A stretch of DNA of 64,000 nucleotides from Mycobacteriales bacterium (GTDB lineage Bacteria > Actinomycetota > Actinomycetes > Mycobacteriales > CADCTP01): NCBI GenBank assembly GCA_035995165.1, contig DASYKU010000050.1:3040-67039 (forward strand), read 5' to 3'. A program made the position numbers and the translations under genes. The notes beneath the pieces are model-generated. The model saw nothing but the letters and a program-made list of their open reading frames with translations. It made no database searches and was not told where the DNA came from. How positions within the stretch are numbered: the stretch's first letter is position 1; the number at the start of each line of letters is the position of its first letter. Of the stretch, positions 56,466-64,000 are shown in pieces.

Positions 56466-57821
56466 TCAGCGCGGCGGCGACAGCCGGTAGACCGTGCCGG
56501 ACTGGTCGTCGGTGACGAGCAGCGACCCGCTCGCGTCCGCGGCCACGTCGACCGGCCGGCCCCAGACGTCCTGCCCGTCCGCGCTGACCCAGCCGGTGAC
56601 GAGGTCCCGCTGGGTGCCGGGCCGGCCGCCGCCCGCGGTGCCCTGCCAGTCGAACCAGACGACCTTGTAGCCGGTGCGCCGGGTCCGGTTCCAGGAGCCG
56701 TGCAGCGCGACCGCCGCGCCGGTCCGCAGGCCCGCCGGGACCGCCGTCCGCTGCAGGAACGTCAGCCCGAGCGGGGCCGAGTGGGCCTGGATGCCGAGGT
56801 CGATCCTCGTCGCGGCGGCGCAGTTCACGTGCCCGTCGGCGTTGGTCTCGGCGTCGGCCTCCAGCGGCATGTCCCGGCTGCCCGCGGCGGTGTCCTGGGT
56901 GCCGTTGCAGAACGGCCAGCCGTAGAACGCGCCGGTCCGCACCTGCACGAACGGCTCCATCGGGTGGTCGTCGACGTAGGCCGGCACGACCGCGCCGTAG
57001 TCGTCCTTGCCGTCGCCGGTGATGTCCCCGTGCCGCGGGTACGCGATCTGGTCCCGGTTGTTGGTCACCGCCCAGAGCGCGCCGGTGCCGGGCACCTCGG
57101 CCAGCCCCTCGGCGTTGCGCAGGCCGGTCGCGACCAGGGTGCCGGTGCCGCCGGTGAGCGGGTAGCGGTAGATCGCCGCCCGCTGCGGGGTCGAGGTGGT
57201 GTCCGAGGCGCAGACGTTGCAGCTGGAGCCGATCGAGACGTAGAGCGCGCCGCCGACGACCGCGATGTTCTTCAGCGCGTGCCCGCCGTCGGGCAGCCCG
57301 GTGACGACGACCTGTCCCGGGCCGGCCGTCGCGGCGCCCGCGGTCCAGGGGTAGCGGGCGACCCGGTCGGACTCGGCCACGTACACCCAGGTCGTGGTGC
57401 CGGAGCGGACCGGGACGATGTCGTGCGGGCTGTGCAGGCCGGTCAGCCAGGGCGTGGCCCGGCCGGTGCCGTCGGCCTGGGTCCGGACGAGCTGGACGCT
57501 GCCGGTCGAGGGCTGCGAGACCAGCAGGTCGGTGGACCCGCCGGCGTAGGACAGGAACCGGGCGCCGGGGATGCGGGTGTAGACCGAGGCGGTCCAGCCC
57601 GCCGGCAGGTTCAGCTTCCGCGGCACGTCGAACGGCGCCTGCCGGAACCCGGCCGGCACCGACACCGTCGCCGGCACCAGCGTCGCCGGCCCCGACACCG
57701 CCGCGGCCCGAGCGGTCGGCGGCGCGGGGGAGCCGGCCGCGGCCGGCGTACCGGACGAGCCGGCACACCCGGCCGCGAGCAGCGCGCTGAGGACGGCGAC
57801 CGGAACGAGAGAACGGCGCAT
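56466..57821 (-). CDS. PQQ-dependent sugar dehydrogenase-like lipoprotein (sorbosone/glucose dehydrogenase beta-propeller family)
   Basis: ORF 56466..57821. The lipobox is LLAAGC. Family segments are GLRNAEGLA, FYGWPFC and LVTDDQSGTVYRL. Confidence 0.7.
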   Translation of the reverse strand: MRRSLVPVAVLSALLAAGCAGSSGTPAAAGSPAPPTARAAAVSGPATLVPATVSVPAGFRQAPFDVPRKLNLPAGWTASVYTRIPGARFLSYAGGSTDLLVSQPSTGSVQLVRTQADGTGRATPWLTGLHSPHDIVPVRSGTTTWVYVAESDRVARYPWTAGAATAGPGQVVVTGLPDGGHALKNIAVVGGALYVSIGSSCNVCASDTTSTPQRAAIYRYPLTGGTGTLVATGLRNAEGLAEVPGTGALWAVTNNRDQIAYPRHGDITGDGKDDYGAVVPAYVDDHPMEPFVQVRTGAFYGWPFCNGTQDTAAGSRDMPLEADAETNADGHVNCAAATRIDLGIQAHSAPLGLTFLQRTAVPAGLRTGAAVALHGSWNRTRRTGYKVVWFDWQGTAGGGRPGTQRDLVTGWVSADGQDVWGRPVDVAADASGSLLVTDDQSGTVYRLSPPR

Positions 57822-57864
57822 ACCCCGACCCTAACTGCGGGACGTAGTCGTTGACTACGAAGAG

Positions 57865-58653
57865 TTACGACGCGGGCGTGACGGTCTTCAGCGTGATCGC
57901 GAGCTTCGGCTTGCCGTCGTCCCCGGTCGCGGCCCCGGCCTTGGCGACCTTGTCGACCACGTCCAGGCCCTTGGTCACGGTGCCGAAGATCGTGTAGTTC
58001 GGGTCCAGCTGGGTGTTCTTGTAGACGATGAAGAACTGGCTGCCGTTGGTGTTCGCGCCGCCGTTCGCCATCGCCAGCACGCCCGTCGTGTACTTGCCGG
58101 CCGGGTCGAGCTCGTCCTTGAACGTGTAGCCGGGGCCGCCGCTGCCGGTGCCGCCCGGGTCGCCGCACTGCAGCACGCCGAAGGTGGCGCCGGTGGTGAC
58201 CCGGTGGCAGGGGGTGCCGTCGTAGTACTTGTGCCCGGCCAGGAACACGAAGCTGTTGACCGTGCAGGGCGCCTTGGCCCGGTCCAGCGAGAAGGTCATG
58301 TTCCCCTGGGTGGTGACCAGGTTGACGGTGGCCGTGCCGGTGGTGGCGACCTTGCCGTTCGGCGGCTGGCCGGCGTTCTTCGTCGCCGCCGCGCTGCCCT
58401 TGGTGTACGTGCAGTCGCCCTTGGTCGCCGTGCTCGCGCTGGCGCTCGCGCTCGGCGCCGCGGCCGGCGTGCTGTCGCTCCCACCGACCTGCGTGACCAC
58501 CAGGACCACCGCGGCGATGACGACGACCACGCCGAGGCCGGCCGCCATGACGAGGTTGCGTCGCTTGCGTGCGGCGGCCGCCTCCTGGCGGCGCTGGATC
58601 TGACGCTCCAGACGCCGGCGAGCGTTCTCGCGGCGCTGCTTCGTGGTGGGCAC
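57865..58653 (-). CDS. ppiB: membrane-anchored cyclophilin-type peptidyl-prolyl cis-trans isomerase
   Basis: This is the C-terminal 262 aa of ORF 57865..59235, starting at GTG 58653. The TM segment is MAAGLGVVVVIAAVVLVV. Cyclophilin segments are GDPGGTGSGGPGYTF and LAMANGGANTNGSQFFI. Confidence 0.85.
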   Translation of the reverse strand: MPTTKQRRENARRRLERQIQRRQEAAAARKRRNLVMAAGLGVVVVIAAVVLVVTQVGGSDSTPAAAPSASASASTATKGDCTYTKGSAAATKNAGQPPNGKVATTGTATVNLVTTQGNMTFSLDRAKAPCTVNSFVFLAGHKYYDGTPCHRVTTGATFGVLQCGDPGGTGSGGPGYTFKDELDPAGKYTTGVLAMANGGANTNGSQFFIVYKNTQLDPNYTIFGTVTKGLDVVDKVAKAGAATGDDGKPKLAITLKTVTPAS

Positions 58654-58864
58654 GGGTGGGCTCCTGCCAAACGGACGGTCCGGGACGTGGCCCGGAGTGT
58701 AGGGCGTCACACTGTTCGGTCTGCGTTGGCCGCCCGGCTCTGCCCGAACGCACAGCTGCGCCAGGCTCAGCCGGCTGCCGGTTCCGGCCACGCGGCGTGC
58801 ATCAGACAACGACGAGGACCGGTTAGGATCCCCGGACGACTTGCTCAAACCGGGAGGAAGCAGA

Positions 58865-59413
58865 GTGCACCGCCGACTGCGTACGGTAACGGTCGGGGCG
58901 GCGCTCGCCGTGGGCCTGACCGCGTGCGGCAGTTCCGGCGGCACCACCGACCTCCCGCCGGGGCCGGCCGGGGCGGCATCCGCGACCGCGGCGCCGGTCA
59001 GCGCGAGCCCGACCGTTCCGTCCGGCGAGGTGCTGGCGGCGTACCGGACCTTCTGGGACTCCGTGATCGCCGCGCACAAGGGGTCCGACCCGCAGCTGCC
59101 GGCGCTGGCCGCCACCGCCGCCGGGACGGAGCTGGCCAAGGTCCGCAAGGCCGTCGCGCTCAACCGGCAGCAGCAGATCAGCCTGCGCGGCCCGGTCGGG
59201 CACAGCGGCGAGGCGGCCAAGGTCACCGGCGCCACCGCGACCGTCGAGGACTGCTACGACATCTCGGCCTGGAACCCGATCGACGTGCGCACCGGCGCCG
59301 CGATCGACGTGACCGACTCCGGCGGCACCGGCCGCTACCACGCCCGCTACACGCTCCGCCGGTCCGGCGAGTCCTGGATCGTCACCGACGAAGTCGCGCT
59401 CGGAGGCTGCTGA
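58865..59413 (+). CDS. hypothetical lipoprotein
   Basis: GTG 58865 follows GGGAGGAAG, within ORF 58841..59413. The lipobox is AVGLTAC. No motif is recognisable. Confidence 0.55.
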   Translation: MHRRLRTVTVGAALAVGLTACGSSGGTTDLPPGPAGAASATAAPVSASPTVPSGEVLAAYRTFWDSVIAAHKGSDPQLPALAATAAGTELAKVRKAVALNRQQQISLRGPVGHSGEAAKVTGATATVEDCYDISAWNPIDVRTGAAIDVTDSGGTGRYHARYTLRRSGESWIVTDEVALGGC

Positions 59414-59415
59414 CC

Positions 59416-60315
59416 ATGCTGCGTCGTCTGCTCTCGCCCACCCGGGTGGGCCTGCTCATCGCGATGGTGACGGCCGCCGTGCTGGCCGGCATGGTCGCGC
59501 CGAGCATCGCCTCGGCCGAGACGCGCTGCACCTGGCAGGCGGTGCGCAACCCGGACGGCTCGATCTCGTACGTGAAGAAGTGCGTCGACGTCGACCCGGG
59601 CAGCCCCGGCGGCCCGGGCGGCTCCGGCCCGATCGACACCTGCGACCTGGACAAGCAGCAGGAGATGGCGGGCTACAGCGCGTTCTACTGCGTCGGCAGG
59701 GCCGCCTGCACGATCAAGGACAACTGGGTGCCGTACGCGCCGCCGACCGAGACGGCGCCGCCCGGGCACGAGTGGAAGCTGCAGCTGTGCTGGCCCTGCG
59801 GCGGCTGCTTCGGGCCACCGGTGCCGACGTACATCCTGGACGGCCCGCCGGCCCGGCCGCTGATCGTGCAGGCCCAGGAGGCGTTCGGCCGGCTCCGCAC
59901 GCGGACCGGGGTGGTGCAGCACAGCCCGAAGGTGAACGGCATCGTCCGGCTGGACACCTGGTTCTGGATGGACCCGGTGACGTTCAACCGCCTGACCGGC
60001 ACCTCGGCCGAGGGGCTGGTCGCGGTGGCCGATCCGGACCAGACCGTCTGGGACACCGGTGACGGCGCCACGGTCACCTGCAAGGGCCCGGGCACGGAGT
60101 ACGCGGAGGGCCGGGCCCCGACCTGCACGCACACCTACACCAAGGCCTCGCCGCAGTACGACGGGAACGTGACCCGGATCTGGGCCGTGCACTACGAGAA
60201 CGGCGGCGCCCCGATCGACATCCCGGGCGCGCCGGACACGCTCACCGCCGACACGCCCTGGACCCTGGCCGTGGCCGAGGCCCAGGTGCTCAGCGGGCAG
60301 ACGCCGGGTCGTTAG
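59416..60315 (+). CDS. hypothetical secreted Cys-rich protein
   Basis: ATG 59416 within ORF 58204..60315. The signal peptide ends SIASA. There are at least 10 cysteines (CTWQ, CVDVD, CDLD, YCVGRAAC, LCWPCGGC). Confidence 0.55.
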   Translation: MLRRLLSPTRVGLLIAMVTAAVLAGMVAPSIASAETRCTWQAVRNPDGSISYVKKCVDVDPGSPGGPGGSGPIDTCDLDKQQEMAGYSAFYCVGRAACTIKDNWVPYAPPTETAPPGHEWKLQLCWPCGGCFGPPVPTYILDGPPARPLIVQAQEAFGRLRTRTGVVQHSPKVNGIVRLDTWFWMDPVTFNRLTGTSAEGLVAVADPDQTVWDTGDGATVTCKGPGTEYAEGRAPTCTHTYTKASPQYDGNVTRIWAVHYENGGAPIDIPGAPDTLTADTPWTLAVAEAQVLSGQTPGR

Positions 60316-60324
60316 GCTCGCCGG

Positions 60325-61002
60325 GTGCTCGTCTCCGGGTTCCCGGCCGGTCCACCCGGCACCAACTGCTTCGTCGTCGCGCCGGGCCCGGGGGAGCGGT
60401 GCGTGGTCATCGACCCCGGAATCGACGCCGCCGGCCCGCTGGCCGAGCTGCTGGACCGGCACCGGCTGCGGCCGGCCGCGGTGCTGCTGACCCACGGCCA
60501 CCTCGACCACACGTACTCGGTGGTGCCGGTGTGCGACGACGCGCAGGTGCCGGCCTGGATCCACCCCGACGACCGCGGTCAGCTCACCGACCCGCTGGGC
60601 TGGCTCGGGGCGCCGCCGGGGACGCCGGTGATGGGGCTGACCAGCCTGCCCACGGCCGAGCCGGCCGAGGTCCGGGAGCTGGCCGACGGGGACACGCTGG
60701 AGCTGGCCGGGCTCAGCCTCGGCGTTCTGCACACCCCGGGTCACACGCTCGGCTCGGTCGTGTTCACGCTGACCGGGCCGGACGCGCCGCTGCTGTTCGC
60801 CGGCGACCTGCTCTTCGCCGGGGCGATCGGCCGGACCGACCTGCCCGGCGGGTCGTACCCGGCGATGCTGGACTCGCTGGCCCGGGTCGTGCTTCCGCTG
60901 GACGACGCGACCGTCGTGCATCCGGGTCACGGCCCGGACACCACGATCGCGCGGGAGCGGGCCACCAACCCGTACCTGCGGCTGGTGGCGGGGACGGACT
61001 GA
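60325..61002 (+). CDS. MBL-fold metallo-hydrolase (glyoxalase II-like)
   Basis: ORF 60325..61002. It has the THGHLDH motif, HTPGHTLGS and VHPGHG. Confidence 0.85.
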   Translation: MLVSGFPAGPPGTNCFVVAPGPGERCVVIDPGIDAAGPLAELLDRHRLRPAAVLLTHGHLDHTYSVVPVCDDAQVPAWIHPDDRGQLTDPLGWLGAPPGTPVMGLTSLPTAEPAEVRELADGDTLELAGLSLGVLHTPGHTLGSVVFTLTGPDAPLLFAGDLLFAGAIGRTDLPGGSYPAMLDSLARVVLPLDDATVVHPGHGPDTTIARERATNPYLRLVAGTD

Positions 61003-61221
61003 CGCCCGGGTCCGGGGGTGGGTCCTGCTGGTCAGCGTGTCGATGCCGGGGTTGAGGGCGGGGACCGAGCCGAGCGTGCCGACGTCCGGGCCGAAGACGG
61101 TGACGGCGACCGAGCCCGGGGTGTCGATGAAGCCGACGTCCAGGGAGAGCCGGTCGACGGTGGCCGGCACCACGAAGGAGCCGGCGATCGCTCCGGTGAA
61201 CCGCCGGCTGCCGGACAGCAC
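61003..61221 (-). pseudogene. coding-like minus-strand fragment without a stop codon (possible gene remnant)
   Basis: In the minus frame of ORF 59347..61302, all 20 third positions I sampled are G/C and first positions are G-rich. The peptide is VLSGSRRFTGAIAGSFVVPATVDRLSLDVGFIDTPGSVAVTVFGPDVGTLGSVPALNPGIDTL. The frame then runs antisense into the MBL gene with no stop. Confidence 0.3.
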
Positions 61222-61360
61222 CGGGGACGTCCGGCGTGCTCGAGCGGCCGGACGGTGATCGAGGGCCACGTAGAATGACGGTCGCCTACTGTGCGTACTC
61301 ATAACGTCACGCGGTCATGTCGCCGGAACCGGATCGCGCCGGCCCTCGTTGACCGGAGCG

Positions 61361-61735
61361 ATGGAGGAGAACGAGGCGCGCCAGATCACCGACCGGCTGC
61401 GGGACCGCGGCGTCGATGCGCACATGGAGCGGGCCGGCATCTACCAGTTCGGCGTACGGATCTCGCTGCCCGACGGGCGGCAGGCGGTCTGGGACTCCGA
61501 CGGCACGGCCGGGCTCGAGGCCCAGGTGATGAAGGACGGGATGCTCGTCGGCTTCGTGCCCTCGATCGACGGCTCCGAGGACTTCGACGAGGCCCAGACG
61601 ATCGAGGCCATGCTGCACACCGACTACGACCAGCCGATCGCCCGCCGGCGCAGCACGCCGGTGCCGGCGGCCGCGCCGCTGCCCCGCCAGGGCGGGGTCT
61701 TCCGCCGCTTCCTCGGCGGCTTCCGGGAACGCTGA
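61361..61735 (+). CDS. hypothetical protein
   Basis: ORF 61349..61735, start set at ATG 61361 (MEENEARQITDRLRDRGVDAHMERAG...). No motif is recognisable. Confidence 0.5.
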   Translation: MEENEARQITDRLRDRGVDAHMERAGIYQFGVRISLPDGRQAVWDSDGTAGLEAQVMKDGMLVGFVPSIDGSEDFDEAQTIEAMLHTDYDQPIARRRSTPVPAAAPLPRQGGVFRRFLGGFRER

Positions 61736-62093
61736 GCGCGCCTCCCGTCCGGACCGCCGAAGCCGCCGCCCGGCCCGCCGCGTGCGCCTCTCCGGACGCC
61801 GACGGGGACCGTCGGCGTCCACCTCGGCCTGACCGAGGAGTTCCGGGAGGTCCCTGTACCGCTGCGATCCGACCCGGACCACCGCCGGACCATCGGGCCG
61901 CAGAAGTGCCTGGTCCGAGCCTGCGGTCATGTCCCCCCGGGCGGCCGGGGAGGTGTACTCGAGGCAGGAAATGGCCGGATCGTCTTAGGACCATGGTGCA
62001 CTGGGGCGGCGACCACTACGGCGAACAGACTTCAGGTGTCCGGACCGAGCAGGCATTTGGCCTCACAGGTCCATTGATCCTCAGGGAGTCGTC

Positions 62094-62465
62094 GTGAACA
62101 AGACCGTCCGCTGGGCCGCCGGAGCTGCCACCCTCGTCGCCGCGGCCGGCGTCAGCCTGCTGCCCACCGCGACCGCCTCCGCCGCCGTCCCGGCCCCGCC
62201 CGGCTTCACCTGCCCGGCGGGCAGCGACACCTACGACGTCCCCTCCACGATCACCGGCCCGAACCAGCCCGCCCTGGCCGGCACCGTCTGCACCTTCGCC
62301 GGCACCACCGCGTTCCGCTCGGTGAGCAAGAACGGCGGCTGGCGCGTCCAGGTCAACTCCGCCTTCGGCTCCAGGACCACCAACGTCATGTTCTACGAGC
62401 CCAGCTTCAACAACGCCAAGATCCAGGTCCAGGCCCAGAACGGGCGCGTCGTCATCAAGAAGTAG
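62094..62465 (+). CDS. small secreted hypothetical protein
   Basis: The GTG start follows AGGGAG. The signal peptide is MNKTVRWAAGAATLVAAAGVSLLPTATASA. The protein is 123 aa. Confidence 0.55.
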   Translation: MNKTVRWAAGAATLVAAAGVSLLPTATASAAVPAPPGFTCPAGSDTYDVPSTITGPNQPALAGTVCTFAGTTAFRSVSKNGGWRVQVNSAFGSRTTNVMFYEPSFNNAKIQVQAQNGRVVIKK

Positions 62466-62483
62466 CCCCGCCCACACCCTGGA

Positions 62484-62570
62484 GCCCGCGGCGGACCGCG
62501 ATCAGCCCCGCCCGCGGCGGACCGCGATCAGCCCCGCCCGCGGCGGACCGCGATCAGCCCCGCCCGCGGC
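62484..62570. repeat. perfect 26-bp tandem repeat GCCCGCGGCGGACCGCGATCAGCCCC x3 plus a partial fourth copy
   Basis: Units 62484-62509, 62510-62535 and 62536-62561 are identical, and a partial copy starts at 62562. The array lies between convergent genes. Each unit contains a CGCGG-CGGA-CCGCG hairpin. Confidence 0.9.
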
Positions 62571-62697
62571 CGGCAGCAGACCCGCGCCGAGCGCGCCCTG
62601 GTCCTCAATGCCGGACGTGTCCCGCAGCGGCCGGTCGGATGGGAGTGCCGGCACACCGGCGTGCTGGACAGCGACGGCCCGCAGATCCTGCTCCTGC

Positions 62698-63525
62698 TCA
62701 GACGTCCTCGGCGGGCATCGGCTGTCCTGGCCGGTACATCTGGGCCGGCTTGGTGCCGGCCGCCTGGCCGCCGTCGATCGGGATGACGGCGCCGGTGACG
62801 AAGGAGGACCGGTCCGAGCAGAGCCAGAGGACGACGTCCGCGACCTCCTCCGACCGTCCGATCCGGCGCATCGGGGTCGCCTGGCCGGCCCGGCGCTGGG
62901 CCTCCTGGCCGGCGGCCTCCAGATGGTGGGTGAGGATGGGACCCGGCGCCACGACGTTGACCCGGATCCCCTGGTCCGCGTAGTCCAGCGCGGCGACCTT
63001 GGTCAGCCCGATGATGCCGGCCTTGCCGGCGACGTACCCGGCGAGGTTGGCGACGCCGTAGAGGCCGGCGCCCGAGGCCATGTTGACGATCGTGCCGCCG
63101 CCGCCGAGCATCGCCCGGATCTGGTACTTCATGCCGAGGAACGTGCCGCGGATGTTCGTCGCGATCGCCCGGTCGAACTCCGCCGGGTCGAGGTCGGCCA
63201 ACGGCGCCGGCGGCGGCCCGTCGGTGGCGTTGTTGAACGCGGCGTCCAGGCGGCCGAAGGTCTCCACCGCCTGCCGGACCAGGTTCTCGGCCGAGGCCGG
63301 GTCTGCGACGTCCGTCCGTACGGCGAGCGCCCGCCCACCGGACTCCCGGATCTCTGCAGCCACCGTCTGCAGCGCCTCCTCGTCGCGAGCACCGAGCACG
63401 ACCGCGGCCCCGGCCCCGGCGAAGGCCCGCGCGGTCGTCGCGCCGATACCGCGACTGGCCCCGGCGACCAGCGCCACCTTCCCGGCGAACGGCGGTGGGA
63501 CGGGGACGGGCTGCGCGCTGGACAT
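62698..63525 (-). CDS. SDR family oxidoreductase
   Basis: ORF 62698..63525. It has VAGASRGIG (TGxxxGxG-like), NNA and YVAGK (YxxxK). Confidence 0.85.
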   Translation of the reverse strand: MSSAQPVPVPPPFAGKVALVAGASRGIGATTARAFAGAGAAVVLGARDEEALQTVAAEIRESGGRALAVRTDVADPASAENLVRQAVETFGRLDAAFNNATDGPPPAPLADLDPAEFDRAIATNIRGTFLGMKYQIRAMLGGGGTIVNMASGAGLYGVANLAGYVAGKAGIIGLTKVAALDYADQGIRVNVVAPGPILTHHLEAAGQEAQRRAGQATPMRRIGRSEEVADVVLWLCSDRSSFVTGAVIPIDGGQAAGTKPAQMYRPGQPMPAEDV

Positions 63526-63829
63526 CGAAGCTCCCTGGGTCGGCCGTGCTGTCGGCGGCGATCACCGCCACCGGTCCGATCGTCGCGCGCCCCCGGACCC
63601 CGCGTCGTCAGCCGACGAACGGCCTTCCGCTACGCCGCCCGACGTAGACGGTCCGGCCGTCGTACGACGGCCGCCGTAGGCCCGGAGAGAGGATTCGATG
63701 CGCGACGGGGTAGCCGGCTCGACCCACTGCACCCGCCGCGACCTCAGACCGATCCCTGGATCCGCCGACCGTCGTTGGCGGCCCGGCCTCTTCCAGGACA
63801 TCGGCGTCGAGCCCTCGCGCCCGACGCGC

Positions 63830-64000
63830 CTAGACCTGGACTGTCGTGCGGCCCGCGGCGGCGGCCTTGCGGACCGAGCGGCGGCGCAGGTAGCGCTGCG
63901 CTCTCCGCGCATAGAACGGCAGCAGCTCGGGACCGCTCGCCAGCCGTGCGACCCGCACGGCCCACGGGGTCACCTGCTTCTGCACTGCGAACCCGTTCGG
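63830..64000 (-). CDS. C-terminal end of an unidentified protein; gene continues beyond the window end
   Basis: My minus-strand translation gives PNGFAVQKQVTPWAVRVARLASGPELLPFYARRAQRYLRRRSVRKAAAAGRTTVQV*, with stop TAG at 63832-63830. It is incomplete, so it is not in the ORF track. Confidence 0.35.
   Translation of the reverse strand, partial: PNGFAVQKQVTPWAVRVARLASGPELLPFYARRAQRYLRRRSVRKAAAAGRTTVQV

Overview
This is a high-GC actinobacterial chromosome segment. SsgB, the phosphatidylinositol-mannoside genes and a Gly-Cys-Val tRNA cluster support that assignment, but the genus cannot be determined from the sequence alone. About 29.6-61 kb is a conserved housekeeping block: thrS, HIT, pgsA, patA, pimA, pdxS, pdxT, yebC, ruvCAB, yajC, secDF, apt, relA, ppiB and an MBL hydrolase. 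From memory this matches the order of M. tuberculosis Rv2614c-Rv2581c. The block is interrupted by accessory insertions. The left part carries four things: a tRNA cluster followed by a 27-bp hairpin repeat array and three RibD_C/DHFR-like paralogs with a TetR; an AAC(3)-methyltransferase operon; hutHUI; and a small amino-sugar/glycan cluster (radical SAM, two methyltransferases, a fused SDR-DegT aminotransferase, split Alg14/Alg13 glycosyltransferase). It also carries ssgB, an ECF sigma/anti-sigma pair, a tRNA-Val-flanked islet of XRE regulators and Nudix proteins with a decayed PIN toxin, and a KamB-like 16S rRNA methyltransferase. The most unusual locus is at 52.3-56.5 kb, inserted between relA and ppiB. 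An AT-rich leader precedes a 556-aa radical-SAM enzyme whose stop overlaps the start (GTGA) of a second long RelA/SpoT paralog. That paralog keeps its hydrolase motifs but has altered synthetase motifs and lacks the C-terminal regulatory domains. I know of no described pairing of this kind, and its function is inference only. All calls rest on by-eye motif recognition, codon-position composition and the supplied ORF track; no searches were run.
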